From Octopus sinensis (Eukaryota): a stretch of 64,000 nucleotides of DNA. The notes beneath the pieces are model-generated. The model was given only the letters and a program-made list of their open reading frames with translations. It did not search any database and was not told where the DNA came from. Position 1 is the stretch's first letter, and each line of letters opens with the position of its first letter. Both the position numbers and the translations under genes were made by a program. The stretch is taken from NCBI RefSeq assembly GCF_006345805.1, contig NC_043021.1:5208001-5272000 (forward strand), written 5' to 3'. Of the stretch, positions 52,508 to 64,000 are shown piece by piece.

Positions 52508-52729
52508 ATGGCTTCCGTGATGTTCGGTGCTCCGAGTTCTGGCTCTCAGTTTCACTTAGTCGTTTATGTACTGCTATATCTTCTTTCTCCGACATTATCT
52601 TTAAGAGTCCAAGACTCGGAGACCCGCCAGGTACGATGTCTGTCTGGTATGTGGAACTTCAGAGCAGATTATTCTGCAAACAGAACGGAAGGTTTCAAGT
52701 CGAAATGGTACTCGAAGCCCTTATGGCAG
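52508..52729 (+). CDS. GUSB: Beta-glucuronidase (GH2), exon 1 with signal peptide
   Basis: MASVMFGAPSSGSQFHLVVYVLLYLLSPTLSLRVQDSETRQVRCLSGMWNFRADYSANRTEGFKSKWYSKPLWQ; GTAAGT donor; phase 0. Confidence 0.92.
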
Positions 52730-54979
52730 GTAAGTTGCTTGACAACAGTTGTGGTAAATTATAGCATAGCAAGCAAATATTAAATTTTTGTTGATAAATT
52801 TTTTCTTCTTCTCATTGGTATAACTAATAATTTTACCCCAAGTAAAGTTGTCGAATATAATAATAGCCCTTTCTAGCACAAGTCCTGAAACTTTGTGGGG
52901 TGGAGCAAGTCGGTTACATCAACTTCAGTACTCGACTGGTTCTTATTTTATCTACCCCGAAAGGTAATAATAATGATAATACTGTTAATAAGAGGCTTAT
53001 CGTATACAGTACAAGGTGCGGTACATGAATAATATCCTCCGTTACGATGCGGATATAAGACCACATACAAAACAACCTGCTACTTCGCTCAATTTATAAA
53101 TAAATTGTCGTTTTACTTAAGCGATTACCAAGATTAAATAAACTGATTTAATTTCCATTCTGTGGTATGTTTTGTAAACATAAAACAACACACGCCTTGG
53201 GATATTTGTTGATGTTTTGGGATTCCACGTATCTAATGTAAATAGAACTCTATGAAACAACGAGAGAGATTAATTAATGACAGAGATTAATTAAATAAAC
53301 TTTACTGTTTCTAAGTATAGTTTATAAACAATAAAGATCCAAGTCCTTTCTGTTTTGTACTATAAGTCGTTGTTTATGTACAAATCCGACAAGTTTATTA
53401 TAATCTTGCATGGATTAAGGTTTTTTTGTTTTTTTTAATTAATGAGCGACAAAATATTTATAAATATCAATTAGTGATGATTTGCTCTGGGGCAGTGGTG
53501 AGCACGTTGCTATACTACTGCCAATATAATAATAATAATAATAAATTCTTTTATTGGCCACAAGGGTTGACAAAAATTAATTATAACATAAAAGGGGACA
53601 AAACAGGACGAAAGTTACAAAGGGTTTTGTCCGTTTGTAAAAATCCGTGTAACAACGAAAAATTATAACAATTTAAAACTCCCAAAAGGGGGGGGGGTGC
53701 TTCGAAAGGTTCCTGGTGGAAAAACCCATAAAAGCCACGGGAGCCTGGTCAAAAGATAATAATAATAATCCTTTCTACTATAAGCACAAGGCCTGGAATT
53801 TTGAGGGAGGGGGCTAGTCGATTACATCGATCCCGGCGTTTCACTGGTGCTTTATCGATCTCGAAAGGATGAAAGGCAAAGTCGACTTTGGCGTAATTTG
53901 AACGTAAAAACAGACGAAATAATAATAGCAACAGCAACAGTGATCCTTTCTGCTTTAGGCACAAGACCTGAGATTCACGGGGAAAGGGTTGGTCGGTTAT
54001 ATCGATCCGAGTACTTGACTAGTATTGATTTTATTGACCCTGAAAAGATGAAAGGCGAAATCAACTTCGGCGGAATTTGAACGCAGAACTTAAAGTCGGA
54101 CGAAATGCTGCCACATTCTTTTGATAGCCTTACATGAAGAGTAAAAGTATTTCTTCGGCAATTTTTCGACAAAATTATTGAAAATTTTTAATTTAAAAAA
54201 ATTTTTCAGCTGAATCGCTTCCGTTTATATATTTTGTGTGTATGTATTTTCCGTTTATATGTGTATATACGAATATTTTTGTATGTAAGTACTGTATATG
54301 CATGTGCACTTGTGTATTCACAAATATACATGTATATAGACATACATACACAAATATACATACACACTCAAAACACGAATGGACTGAAAAAAAATTAAAG
54401 AAATAAATAAACATGGGGCAGACTTTTTAAAGTTAAAAAAAAATTAACTGCGGTGCCCCAGCATGGCCACAGCTTTAAGCTGAAATTGATAAAACAAAAC
54501 AATACATACACAAACATACATACAAAAATATAAATACATACATACAGACAGAGTATAAGTTCAGGTTTATACCTGTAATTATTGGGACACTGGGATATGT
54601 AACCAGAAAGAAGAAAGTTGATTTGAAGACTACAGATCCTGGTCTGAGAATCGAAACCGCGAGTCCGCTGCCCTAACCACTGGGCCATTGCACTGCCACT
54701 GTATGTATATAACTATATATATAGAGAGAGTGAGAGAGAGGTGTGTGGTGGTGCAAGGCTTACTGGATAGGATGTTGGACTCATGATTGTAAGATTGTGG
54801 TTTCAATTCCTGAACTGGGCAATGCATTGTGTTCCTGAGCAAAACACTTCATTTCACATTGCTCCACTCCACTCCACTCAGCTGTGATGGACAAGTGTCC
54901 TGTCCAGGGAGGAATATATGTGCCAGAGAAACTGGGAAAACTGGCCTTATTCTCCTTAAAGAGTAATGTGCACTAAGCA

Positions 54980-55364
54980 TCTCTCTCTATATAAACGGCA
55001 GTTTGTCTGTGTGTGTTTCTGTGTGTCTGTTTGGTTGTACCCTCACCCTGACCACGGCTTTCAACCGATTCTGATGAAACTTGACACACACATAGCCCAA
55101 TGTCATAATTCAAAACTAACGCAGCGAAAATTTTGAAAAGTTCCCCCAGTTCTGAAAAAAATCGATAAATTCGACATGGGGTCGAGAATTAGAAACACAA
55201 ACCACAGACTGTCTAGGGGACGCAACTCGACCTTTTTTAACTCTCAAAAAAAATTTACCATCATTTTTTTCCCATTTTTTTGCTATTTTTTGGCTATAAC
55301 TCTCTAAAAATGCTTTATAGTTATTTCCCTTACAAATCTGAGCAACGCCGGGCGATACTGCTAG
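54980..55364 (+). mobile_element. Non-autonomous Helitron (same family)
   Basis: Same termini, inserted in an AT dinucleotide. Confidence 0.9.
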
Positions 55365-56525
55365 TATATATATATATGTGTGTGTGTGTATATACATGTC
55401 TGTGTGTGTGTCCGTATGTATATATATATATGTGTGTGTGTGTATATATATAGAGAGAGATCAAGTATATGAAAAATTTTTTAAGGTTTCTTCAAATATA
55501 TAATTGCAAAAAATGGAAACAATTTATAATAAAAGGGTGAATGACTGATAAGTTGTTGGCTTATAAAAAGACCAGCTACTTCTGTCTGTTTTTGTCAACG
55601 TTGAAAATATGGTTGCTTTGCTGGGGAGGGGTGGGGTAGGAATATTTAGACTTACTCAGTGGTTCTTCGATGTAATCAAGACCATTGCTTTGGTAGATGT
55701 GTCGAACCGACATGACCCCCCTCACCCATTATCCCCTGAGTAATACTCTTTACTCTTTTTACTCTTTTACTTGTTTCAGTCATTTGACTGCAGCCATGCT
55801 GGAGCACCGCCTTTAGTCGAGCAAATCGACCCCGGGACTTATTCTTTGTAAGCCCAGTACTTATTCTATCGGTCTCTTTTGCCGAACCGCTAATGACAGG
55901 GATGTAAACACACCAGCATCGGTTGTCAAGCAAAGCTAGGGGAACAAACACAGACACACAAACACACACACACATATATATATAAATACATATATACGAC
56001 AGGCTTCTTTCAGTTTCCATCTACCAAATCCACTCACAAGGCATTGGTCAGCCAGAGGCTATAGTAGAAGACACTTGCCCAAGATGCCACGCAGTGGGAC
56101 TGAACCCGGAACCATGTGGTTGGTTAGCAAGCTACTTACCACACAGCCACTCCTGCGCCTGGTTCTTTTTTTTTTTTTTTATCCCAAGGGAAAAGTGAAA
56201 TAACTGACATTTGTCAAACCTAGTGTTTGACTCTGCTTACAGTTGAGGAATCTGCCACTCTGATACTTTACACCATTTGGATCTTTGAGTAAATTATGTT
56301 GTCTGCTACATGGTGCTTTCAGTCAGCTAGAAACAACAGCTTACTCCCTCTCTTAAATTGCATCCTATTGTTTATGTGGGATATTGATTAATCCACTTTC
56401 CCTCAAAAGCATTGGCCTCGTTCCTAAATAAACGATTATTAAACGCAGAAAATTCTTTTCTTTTCTGTCCTCCACAGATTTACACGATAATATTTTTTTC
56501 TTATTTCTCTTAATTCTCATTTCAG

Positions 56526-56702
56526 AATGGAGATGTGATAACCATGCCAGTTCCAGCAAGTTACAATGACATCACACAGGAACGAAGACTCAGAGACTTT
56601 GTTGGTTGGGTGTGGTACGACCGAGAGTTCTTTGTTGACCCACAATGGAAACTAAAGACTGTTCATCTTCGCTTTGATAGTGTTCACTACAACGCAATAG
56701 TA
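56526..56702 (+). CDS. GUSB: Beta-glucuronidase, exon 2
   Basis: NGDVITMPVPASYNDITQERRLRDFVGWVWYDREF...LRFDSVHYNAIV; 177 nt, phase 0-0. Confidence 0.96.
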
Positions 56703-56816
56703 GTAAGACCTAATTTCTTAAATTCACTCTCAGAGATTTACTTTTTTAAAAAATTTATTTATTCATTTAAACAATTTTATTGTCTTTCTTTGTGAAAATA
56801 GCTTATTGATAACTCT

Positions 56817-56931
56817 TTCATCATCATCGTCATCATCGACATCATCATCGTCATTATCATTGTCATCATCATCGTCATCATCATCGTCATCGTCGTCATC
56901 ATCATCATCATCGTCGTCATCATCATCATCG

Positions 56932-56962
<31 letters not shown>

Positions 56963-57168
56963 TGTCATCATCGTCGTCATCATCATCATCATTGTCATCA
57001 TTGTCATCATCATCATCATTGTCATCATCATCATCGTCGTCATCATCATCGTCATCATCATCATCATCGTCGTCATCATCGTCATCATCTTCATCATTGT
57101 CATCATCATCGTCATCATCATCGTCATCGTCGTCATCATCATCATCATCGTCATCATCATCATCATCG

Positions 57169-57199
<31 letters not shown>

Positions 57200-57470
57200 T
57201 GTCATCATCGTCGTCATCATCATCATCATTGTCATCATCGTCATCATCATCATCATTGTCATCATCATCGTCGTCATCATCATCGTCATCATCATCATCA
57301 TCGTCGTCATCATCGTCATCATCATCATCATCGTCGTCATCATCGTCATCATCATCATCATCATCATCGTCATCATCTTCATCATTGTCATCATCATCAT
57401 CATTGTCATCATCATCATCGTCGTCGTCGTCGTCATCATCATCATCGTCATCATCATCATCATCATCATT
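56817..57470. repeat. ~650-bp (TCA/TCG/TTG)n trinucleotide array
   Basis: Continuous in-phase trinucleotide array abutting an RTE 3' end at 57460-57570. Confidence 0.97.
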
Positions 57471-58294
57471 TAACATGTTTTCCATGCTGGCATGACAGAA
57501 CTGGCAAGGCCCGGGACCACACCAGTTTCCGTAGTCTGTATTGGTTTCTATGGCTGGATGCCCTTCCTAATGTCAAATTATTAAAAATTTTTTAAAAACA
57601 TAAAAAAATTTTTTTAAATGTTTCTGTGTTGTTATGCAGAAAGAAGTTTGCTTCCGAACCATATGGTTCCAGGTTCAGTCCCACTGTGTGGCATTTTGGG
57701 CAAGTGTCTTCTACTATAGCCTCATGTTGACCAAAGTCTTGTGAGTGGATTTGGTAGATGGAAACTGAAAAAAGCCTGTTGTATGTTTGTGTCTGTCCTC
57801 CACTGTCATTTGACAACTAGTATTAGTGTGTTTGCATCCCTGTAACTTACCAGTTTGGCAAAAAAGACTAATAGAATAAGTACCAATCTTAAAATAGTAC
57901 TGGGATCGATTCATTCGACTAAGAAAATTCTCCAAGGTGGTGCCCCAGTATGGCCACAGTCTAATAACTGAAGCAAGTAAAAGAAAGAAAAGAGATTATT
58001 TTATGCACAGCACGACACGGACTCAGAAATATGGAAATCAGTTTAAATATTTAAGTCCTTTATCTGTGATACGGAGCAATATAAGAATATAAACACATTC
58101 TTTCTATGATGTACAGAGTGAGGAGGGAGGGGAGTCTCCTGATAGACCTTTTCATGATCTGTTGATTACTTCTTAGATTGGGTTCATCTTCTCTGAGGAG
58201 TGATCAACGAATTATGAAATAGTCCATCAGGAGACTCCTCTTCATTATTTTTCTACACATCAAACATATAAAAGGAATACACATATATTCTTTA

Positions 58295-58676
58295 CTAGCA
58301 GTATCGCCCGGCGTTGCTCGGGTTTGTAAGGGAAATAACTATAAAGCATTTTTAGAGAGTTATAGCCAAAAAATAGCAAAAAAATGGGAAAAAAATTATG
58401 GTAAATTTTTTTTGATAGTTAAAAAGGTCGAGTTGCGTCCCCTAGACCATCTGTGGTTTGTTTCTGATTGTCGACCCCATGTCGAATTTATCGATCTTTT
58501 TCAGAACTGGGGGAACTTTTCAAAATTTTCGCTGCGTTAGTTTTGAATTATGACATTGGGCTATGTGTGTGTCAAGTTTCATCAGAATCGGTTGAAAGCC
58601 GTGGTCAGAGTGAGGGTACAACCAAACAGACACACAGAAACACACACAGACAAACTGCCGTTTATATAGAGAGAGA
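58295..58676 (-). mobile_element. Non-autonomous Helitron (same family, inverted)
   Basis: Reverse complement of the family, with A|TC and CTAG|T ends. Confidence 0.9.
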
Positions 58677-59669
58677 TATAGTTCTTTATTATAGCTAAAG
58701 GCTGTTAAGTTGACAACCGGGAAAGTATTTGATCTAACTAGAAAAAAAATTAACCCTAATAAATTTCCTCTGACCCATTCCAGCAAGAGAAAAATGGATG
58801 TTAAAATAATGGTGCTGATGGCTTTTTGTTTTAACTATTGATATACTCTTTACTCTTTTACTTGTTTCAGTCATTTGACTGTGGCCATGCTGGAGCACTG
58901 CCTTTAATCGAGCAATACGACCCCGGGACTTATTCTTTTGTAAGCCCAGTACTTATTCTATCGGTCTCTTTTGCCGAACCGCTAAGTAATGGGGACATAA
59001 ACACACCAGCATCGGTTGTCAAGCAATGCTAGGGGGACAAACACAGACACACAAACACATATATATACATATATACGACGGGCTTCTTTCAGTTTCCATC
59101 TACCAAATCCACTCACAAGGCTTTGGTCGGCCCGAGGCTATAGTAGAAGACACTTGCCCAAGGTGCCATGCAGTGGGACTGAACCCGGAACCATGTGGTT
59201 GGTAAACAAGCTACTCACCACACAGCCACTCCTACGCCTTATTTCATATGTTTATGAAATAAGAACATCTTTCAGCAAATTAATTTATACAAAAACCTGA
59301 AGTGTCAATATTTTACAGTATTGCTGGAATAATACTGATCTGATGTATTATTTCATGTATTGTATAATAATATTCCAGCAATAAATTTCTGGTAAAGTAT
59401 TGAGGAAACACTTGTGGAATTATGCAATAAAATGAATTGGGTGTGGACGAGTGGGGTATGTGTGACTCTCTGCCATGGCAGCAGCACAAGAGGGGTATGT
59501 TGTACATGAGGAAAAAGGACTTTCTGTCATGGTTCTGCTCAAGAGGCAAGTACTTTGTGCATAGTAATATAAACTATCCTGAAAAATAAAAATATCTATA
59601 AAAAAAAAATCCCTCATAAATCACTTCCTCACCTCAATAACTCCATCACTACGCGGAGTTCTGTTTTTG

Positions 59670-60265
59670 ATTTAACAGTCGTTCGGAATGCTCACAGCAG
59701 CCATATTCCTACCGCTCTATGTCACGCTGGTGAGACCCATATTGGAGTACGGGATTCAAGCCTCTTCTCCTTATCTCCTCAAAGACATACATCATCTCGA
59801 AAGAGTCCAGAAGCTGGCTACCTGCATGGTTCTTGGTCTCAAGCATTTTTCTTATGAAGAAAGGCTGAAGACGCTCGACCTTTATTCTCTAGAAAAACGA
59901 CAACGCCGTGGTGATCTCATTCTTGCTCACAACATCATAAGCGGAAAGTGTAACCTCTCGAAAGAGCTGTTCTTCACTCCTGCTCCAGAGCATCGGCTGC
60001 GGGGTCGCTCCGAAAAGCTCTATCTGCGACGATTTCATCTCAATCGAAGGAGAGGGGCTTTCTCTGTCCAGGTTGCAGATCCATGGACTAAGCTGCCAGA
60101 CGAGATAATGAAGATGCTGACGACCGCTCGGTTCAAAGTCTCCCTTGACCAGAAATGGCCTGAACTCTTTGCATGAACACCACCCTGTACATAACTCCAT
60201 GTCCCCCTACATGGCCTTGCTTTTTTGCTTTTTGAGCCAAAAAATTAACTTAACTTAACTTAACT
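59670..60265 (+). mobile_element. CR1-group LINE 3' fragment with (TTAAC)n tail
   Basis: LYVTLVRPILEYG...LERVQKLAT...SYEERLKTLDLYSLEKRQRRGDLI; TTAACTTAACTTAAC terminus. Confidence 0.9.
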
Positions 60266-60289
60266 ATTCTCAGTGTAATATCTACTATC

Positions 60290-60725
60290 CAGGGCTTCAT
60301 TGCTCCTGGAGGAGGAACCCCTCCCTGAACTCATTACACCACTGTCTGTCTGGCTAGTTGTAGCCATGTAGGCCCCAGGTAGCAGGTGAGATCATCTCAC
60401 CATCTTTGGTTGGCCTCCTGAGCTTGTCCATTGTCTTGGTGTCCATTCTGTCACCCTGATTGTCCATCTGTCATCCTTCAGTTGCGCAATATACCCAGCC
60501 CATCTGTATTTGTTCTCCTTGTTTGTTCTTACGATGCTGTTGGCTCTTGTGTGCTGTCAAATCCAGGCATTGGTTTTCTTGTCTTGTAATGTGATACCAA
60601 GCACGATTCACTTCATTTTCTGTTGGGCTACAATCAGGGCATTCATGATAGTAGTGTTGAGAGCCCATATTTCACTGCTGTAAATCACTGGCAGGATGTA
60701 TTCATTGAAAACCTTTCCCAGTATC
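60290..60725 (-). mobile_element. Degenerate RTE C-terminal fragment
   Basis: KVFNEYILPVIYSSEIWAL...LGITLQDKKTNAWI...KYRWAGYIAQLKDDRWTIRVTEWTPR. Confidence 0.75.
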
Positions 60726-61290
60726 ATATGATAAATCGGATCTTTTACTTTAGATAGACAGAATTCAACACAATTTCTAGTTAACTAAACAATTTGAAAC
60801 TTTGTATACTGGTAGAATGTGTCAAAAGAAAACATTATTTTCACTTGGCTTTTTTGATAAATTTGTAATTTGTAAGTTTAATGTAGTTTAATTCTTTGAA
60901 TTTTAACCAATGAATCGCCAGTATTTGAGCTCAAATCATTTGCTGCGTCTAAAAACTCAGACAACATCCTGTACTGTTAACGTAAACAGCGTGCACACAC
61001 ACATACACACACGTGTTATTCATCCTTCTCTCTTCTGTAATGTTTGTTTTTGTTTTTCATCACATTCGTTCCCTTCTCTCACTCAGTCCGTCTCTCTATT
61101 ATCCCTCTCTCTCTCCCTGTATGTCTTTCTTATTCCATCTCTCTATTGTTTTTACTAAATGTTTTCTTCTCTCTCTCTTGCTCACACACTTATCATCACT
61201 CACTTTCTCTCTCTTTCTTTTAGAAATTGGGTTGAATTCTGTCTATCTAAAGGAAAAGATCCGATAAATCTAATTGTTATTTATTTGCAG

Positions 61291-61466
61291 TGGGTAAATT
61301 CTGAGTTTGCTTTCAACCACAGTGGTGGCCATTTACCATTTGAGGGTGATGTCACCCACTTGCTGAAGTATGACAGAGCTGAACGAGTGACCGTAGCAGT
61401 CAACAACACCCTCTCACCAACAACACTACCACCAGGGACAATCACATATAAAACTGATAGAGAAAG
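61291..61466 (+). CDS. GUSB: Beta-glucuronidase, exon 3
   Basis: WVNSEFAFNHSGGHLPFEGDV...VTVAVNNTLSPTTLPPGTITY; 176 nt, phase 0-2. Confidence 0.96.
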
Positions 61467-61827
61467 GTTTGAAGAATTTTACTTGTTTTTTTATTTAACT
61501 CTCTCTCACCACCCTCATACACTTGCAAACTTACCTGATCCTCTGCCCCTTTCTGTGCCCTTCCCCTTTCTGTGCCCTGCCCCTTTCTGTGCCCAGCCCC
61601 TTTTAGTGCCCTGCCCAAAAGAATTGACAAGACAGCTTACTTGCTGTCCCCCAAAAAAGGGAGTTCCAGGAATGCTTCCATCAAGGGAAACAGCATTGGA
61701 TAAACTGTGTGGCTTCTGAAGGGAACTAATTTGAAGGAGACTAAATGCTGAATTGATATGAAGAAACTACTTCTAGTCTCTCCCCCCCCCTCTCTCTCTC
61801 TTATATACATTTCTTTTTACATTTCAG

Positions 61828-61970
61828 ATATCCTAAGGGTTATTTTGTCCAGAACTTACAGATGGACTTCTTCAATTATGCTGGTATCCACCGTAATGTT
61901 TGGCTCTATGCCACTCCCCAGGTTTACATAATGAATATCTACATTAATACCAGCATCCAAAAATCCTCAG
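61828..61970 (+). CDS. GUSB: Beta-glucuronidase, exon 4
   Basis: YPKGYFVQNLQMDFFNYAGIHRNVWLYATP...; 143 nt, phase 2-1. Confidence 0.96.
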
Positions 61971-62089
61971 GTAAGTGTATGAGTTTCTTTATATCATCAT
62001 CATCATTGTCATCACCATCACCACTACCAACATCACCACCATCATCGTTACCATTGTTGATTTGATGTCTACTTTTTCTCTTTCATCAG

Positions 62090-62283
62090 GAATTGTAACC
62101 TATAAAGTCATTCCGAACCATTACGCTAAAGGTCAGCGTTATAAAGTGAAGGTTATCGATAAACACGGTGACCTTGTTGCTTATTCAAACCAATCTACCG
62201 GTGTCCTGAATATTTCAAATGCCAACCTTTGGTGGCCCTATACAATGAACACATCATCTCCAGCCTACCTTTATACCATGGAG
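62090..62283 (+). CDS. GUSB: Beta-glucuronidase, exon 5 (gene continues beyond right edge)
   Basis: GIVTYKV...NANLWWPYTMNTSSPAYLYTME; 194 nt, phase 1-0; GTATGT donor. Confidence 0.95.
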
Positions 62284-62581
62284 GTATGTTATCTTTTTTT
62301 GCACAGGTGTAGTCATATGTATTATCCTCATTTAACATGCACTTTCCATGCTGGCATAGGTTCAATGGTTTGACAGGGAGCCAATGAGCTGCAGGGCTGC
62401 ATTGGGCTCCAATGTCATCTTTAAGTAAGGTTTCTATGGTTGGATGCCCTTCCTAATGCCAACAACTTTACAAAGTGAACTAGGTACTTTTTTTTAATAG
62501 TGAGGTTGCCATATAATTAGCAAATCAGAAAAGAACAAGGAAAAAGGCAAGGGAAAAAGCTCCAACTGTTAAGAAGAAGTA

Positions 62582-62805
62582 CAGGGTGTCCATAAATTAT
62601 CTTTACAATTTGAAAAATTCAGAAAAAGAATGAGAAATAAGGATAACTCTTTAGAGTTCATTGGGAAACATAGGCAAACAAATAAAGTTACATTAGAAAT
62701 GCCAGTATACACTCCAACGTGGGCTCTACTGGGTGCACACAACACATCTAGATGGTACAATACAATAAATTGTGGAAGTTGTAAAGATAATTTATGAACA
62801 TCCTG
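62582..62805. mobile_element. Tc1/mariner-type MITE
   Basis: TA|CAGGGTGTCCATAAATTATCTTTACAA...TTGTAAAGATAATTTATGAACATCCTG imperfect TIRs. Confidence 0.8.
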
Positions 62806-63325
62806 TGATTGAAAGAGAAAGGTGAAAGTGTATTTGTATTCACAAATGCAAGCTTATCAAATACTGTACAACATAAATCATAAATTCATGATATATTAAG
62901 ATTATCTCTGCCTCTGGAGGATGTATCATGTTGGTTCAACAAGTATCTGGCAATTGCTTGTCCCCTTAGACATTCTAGGTTAGTGTCCAGAATGCTGTAA
63001 GATCACTGAGAGTGAAACACAGCTTAGTTTTTGCTAAAGCATGTCTTTAGGAGAAGACTCTACTGTGTTTACAGCTGCAACAGAGGTATAACTGGACAAG
63101 TAGTCTAGGTTCATTGATTCAACTGGGTTCATCCACTCTTTGACAGGTTTTGTTTTGTGTCCTGCAGGATATCCAACCCCTCTTTCCTACCAAAGCTGGC
63201 TTGTTAGGGTTGCTGAAATACTGGATGTGATTTGTTTGATCGAACCCTTCAAGGTGGTACTCCAGCATGGCCACAGTACAATGACTGAAACAAGTAATAG
63301 ATGATAAAGGTCGAAGGCCCACTGC

Positions 63326-63555
63326 AGCGAGCTGGCAGAAATGTTAGTGCGCCGGGCGAAATGCTTTATCGAAATGCGTAGCTGTTACGTTCTGAGTTCA
63401 AATTCCGCCGAGGTCGACTTTGCCTTTCATCCTTTCGGGGTTGATTAAATAAGTACCAGTTACGCACTGGGGTCGATATAATTGACTTAATCCGTTTGTC
63501 TGTCCTTGTTTGTCCTCTCTGTGTTTAGCCCCTTGTGGGTAGTAAAGAAACAGGT
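63326..63555 (+). mobile_element. SINE family B; copies at 47175-47410 and a tandem triplet at 35575-36158 (minus)
   Basis: GAGCTGGCAGAA...GAGTTCAAATTCC head, GCCTTTCATCCTTTCGGGGTCGAT...AAGTACCAG domain, GCCCCTTGTGGG tail. Confidence 0.88.
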
Positions 63556-63859
63556 AGTCTAGGTTCAGCAGCCTTGGGAAGCAGCCAGGCTAAGAAAAGT
63601 TTAACACCACCAAGTATAAGCCCTTACTGCCTGTGAAAATATGAAGGCTAAGAGACTCAACCTTAACAATAAACCAGTTTGTAAGTGAACTCAGTACCTA
63701 CTAACTCAATGTATCTCAAAAAGAGGATGAAAACACAGTGCAGGGTTTTGGGGCCAAATTTGACAGTTTGCATTAAAGGAAAAGAAAACACAAAGTCCCA
63801 TCTAAAAATAAAGTATTTAAAAAAATCAAAAACTGTTGTCTAGATGGCTGAGAGATAAC

Positions 63860-64000
63860 AGTTTACTCAAAGTAGCTGCCCTCATCTTCCACCATCGCCT
63901 CAAGATGAGTCTTGGAAGATGGAACCTGGCACATGCATTCCTCACTGTGTCCCTGGGAAGATCATTGAACGCCTTGATCTTGGCCACCAACTCACCCTTG
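63860..64000 (-). mobile_element. mariner/Tc1 transposase C-terminal remnant; other remnants at about 38520-38660 and 47790-47940 (minus)
   Basis: AKIKAFNDLPRDTVRNACARF...LEAMVEDEGSYFE*; EDFHGAFTK...CIEVRGSYFE; QFSSKASLW...VIACGG. Confidence 0.65.

Noticed and set aside
56763-57495. 240-aa poly-Asp, poly-Met/Thr and poly-Ser ORFs as genes
   Set aside because: All are frames of one trinucleotide array derived from a LINE tail inside a GUSB intron.
61467-61719. Open frame continuing past GUSB exon 3
   Set aside because: Intronic read-through with low-complexity sequence; the exon 3-4 splice restores conserved GUSB sequence.

Overview
AT-rich, repeat-dense eukaryotic genomic DNA. The SINE/LINE complement suggests a coleoid cephalopod, very probably Octopus (inference). 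Four protein-coding genes could be built exon by exon, with GT-AG boundaries and consistent phases: (1) PHF12 on the minus strand, exons 1-2, running off the left edge; (2) DNAJC24/DPH4 on the minus strand, one coding exon; (3) complete 7-exon RPAIN on the plus strand, probably head-to-head with DPH4; (4) GUSB on the plus strand, exons 1-5, running off the right edge. The rest is tRNA-derived SINEs, RTE/CR1/CRE non-LTR fragments, Helitrons, piggyBac- and mariner-type MITEs and long microsatellites; one young RTE copy has an uninterrupted RT ORF carrying a PHD-type finger. The most notable hidden signal is seven type I hammerhead ribozyme motifs of Penelope-like character. Four lie on the minus strand at 22.1-27.9 kb and bracket the DPH4 coding exon in sense orientation; one has a G3:C8 compensatory core swap, and two are in tandem with cleavage sites 155 nt apart. 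There are also two pre-miRNA/ADAR-like long hairpins and nested inverted repeats around GUSB exon 2. All gene, repeat-family and RNA-fold calls were made by eye; no searches or folding programs were run.
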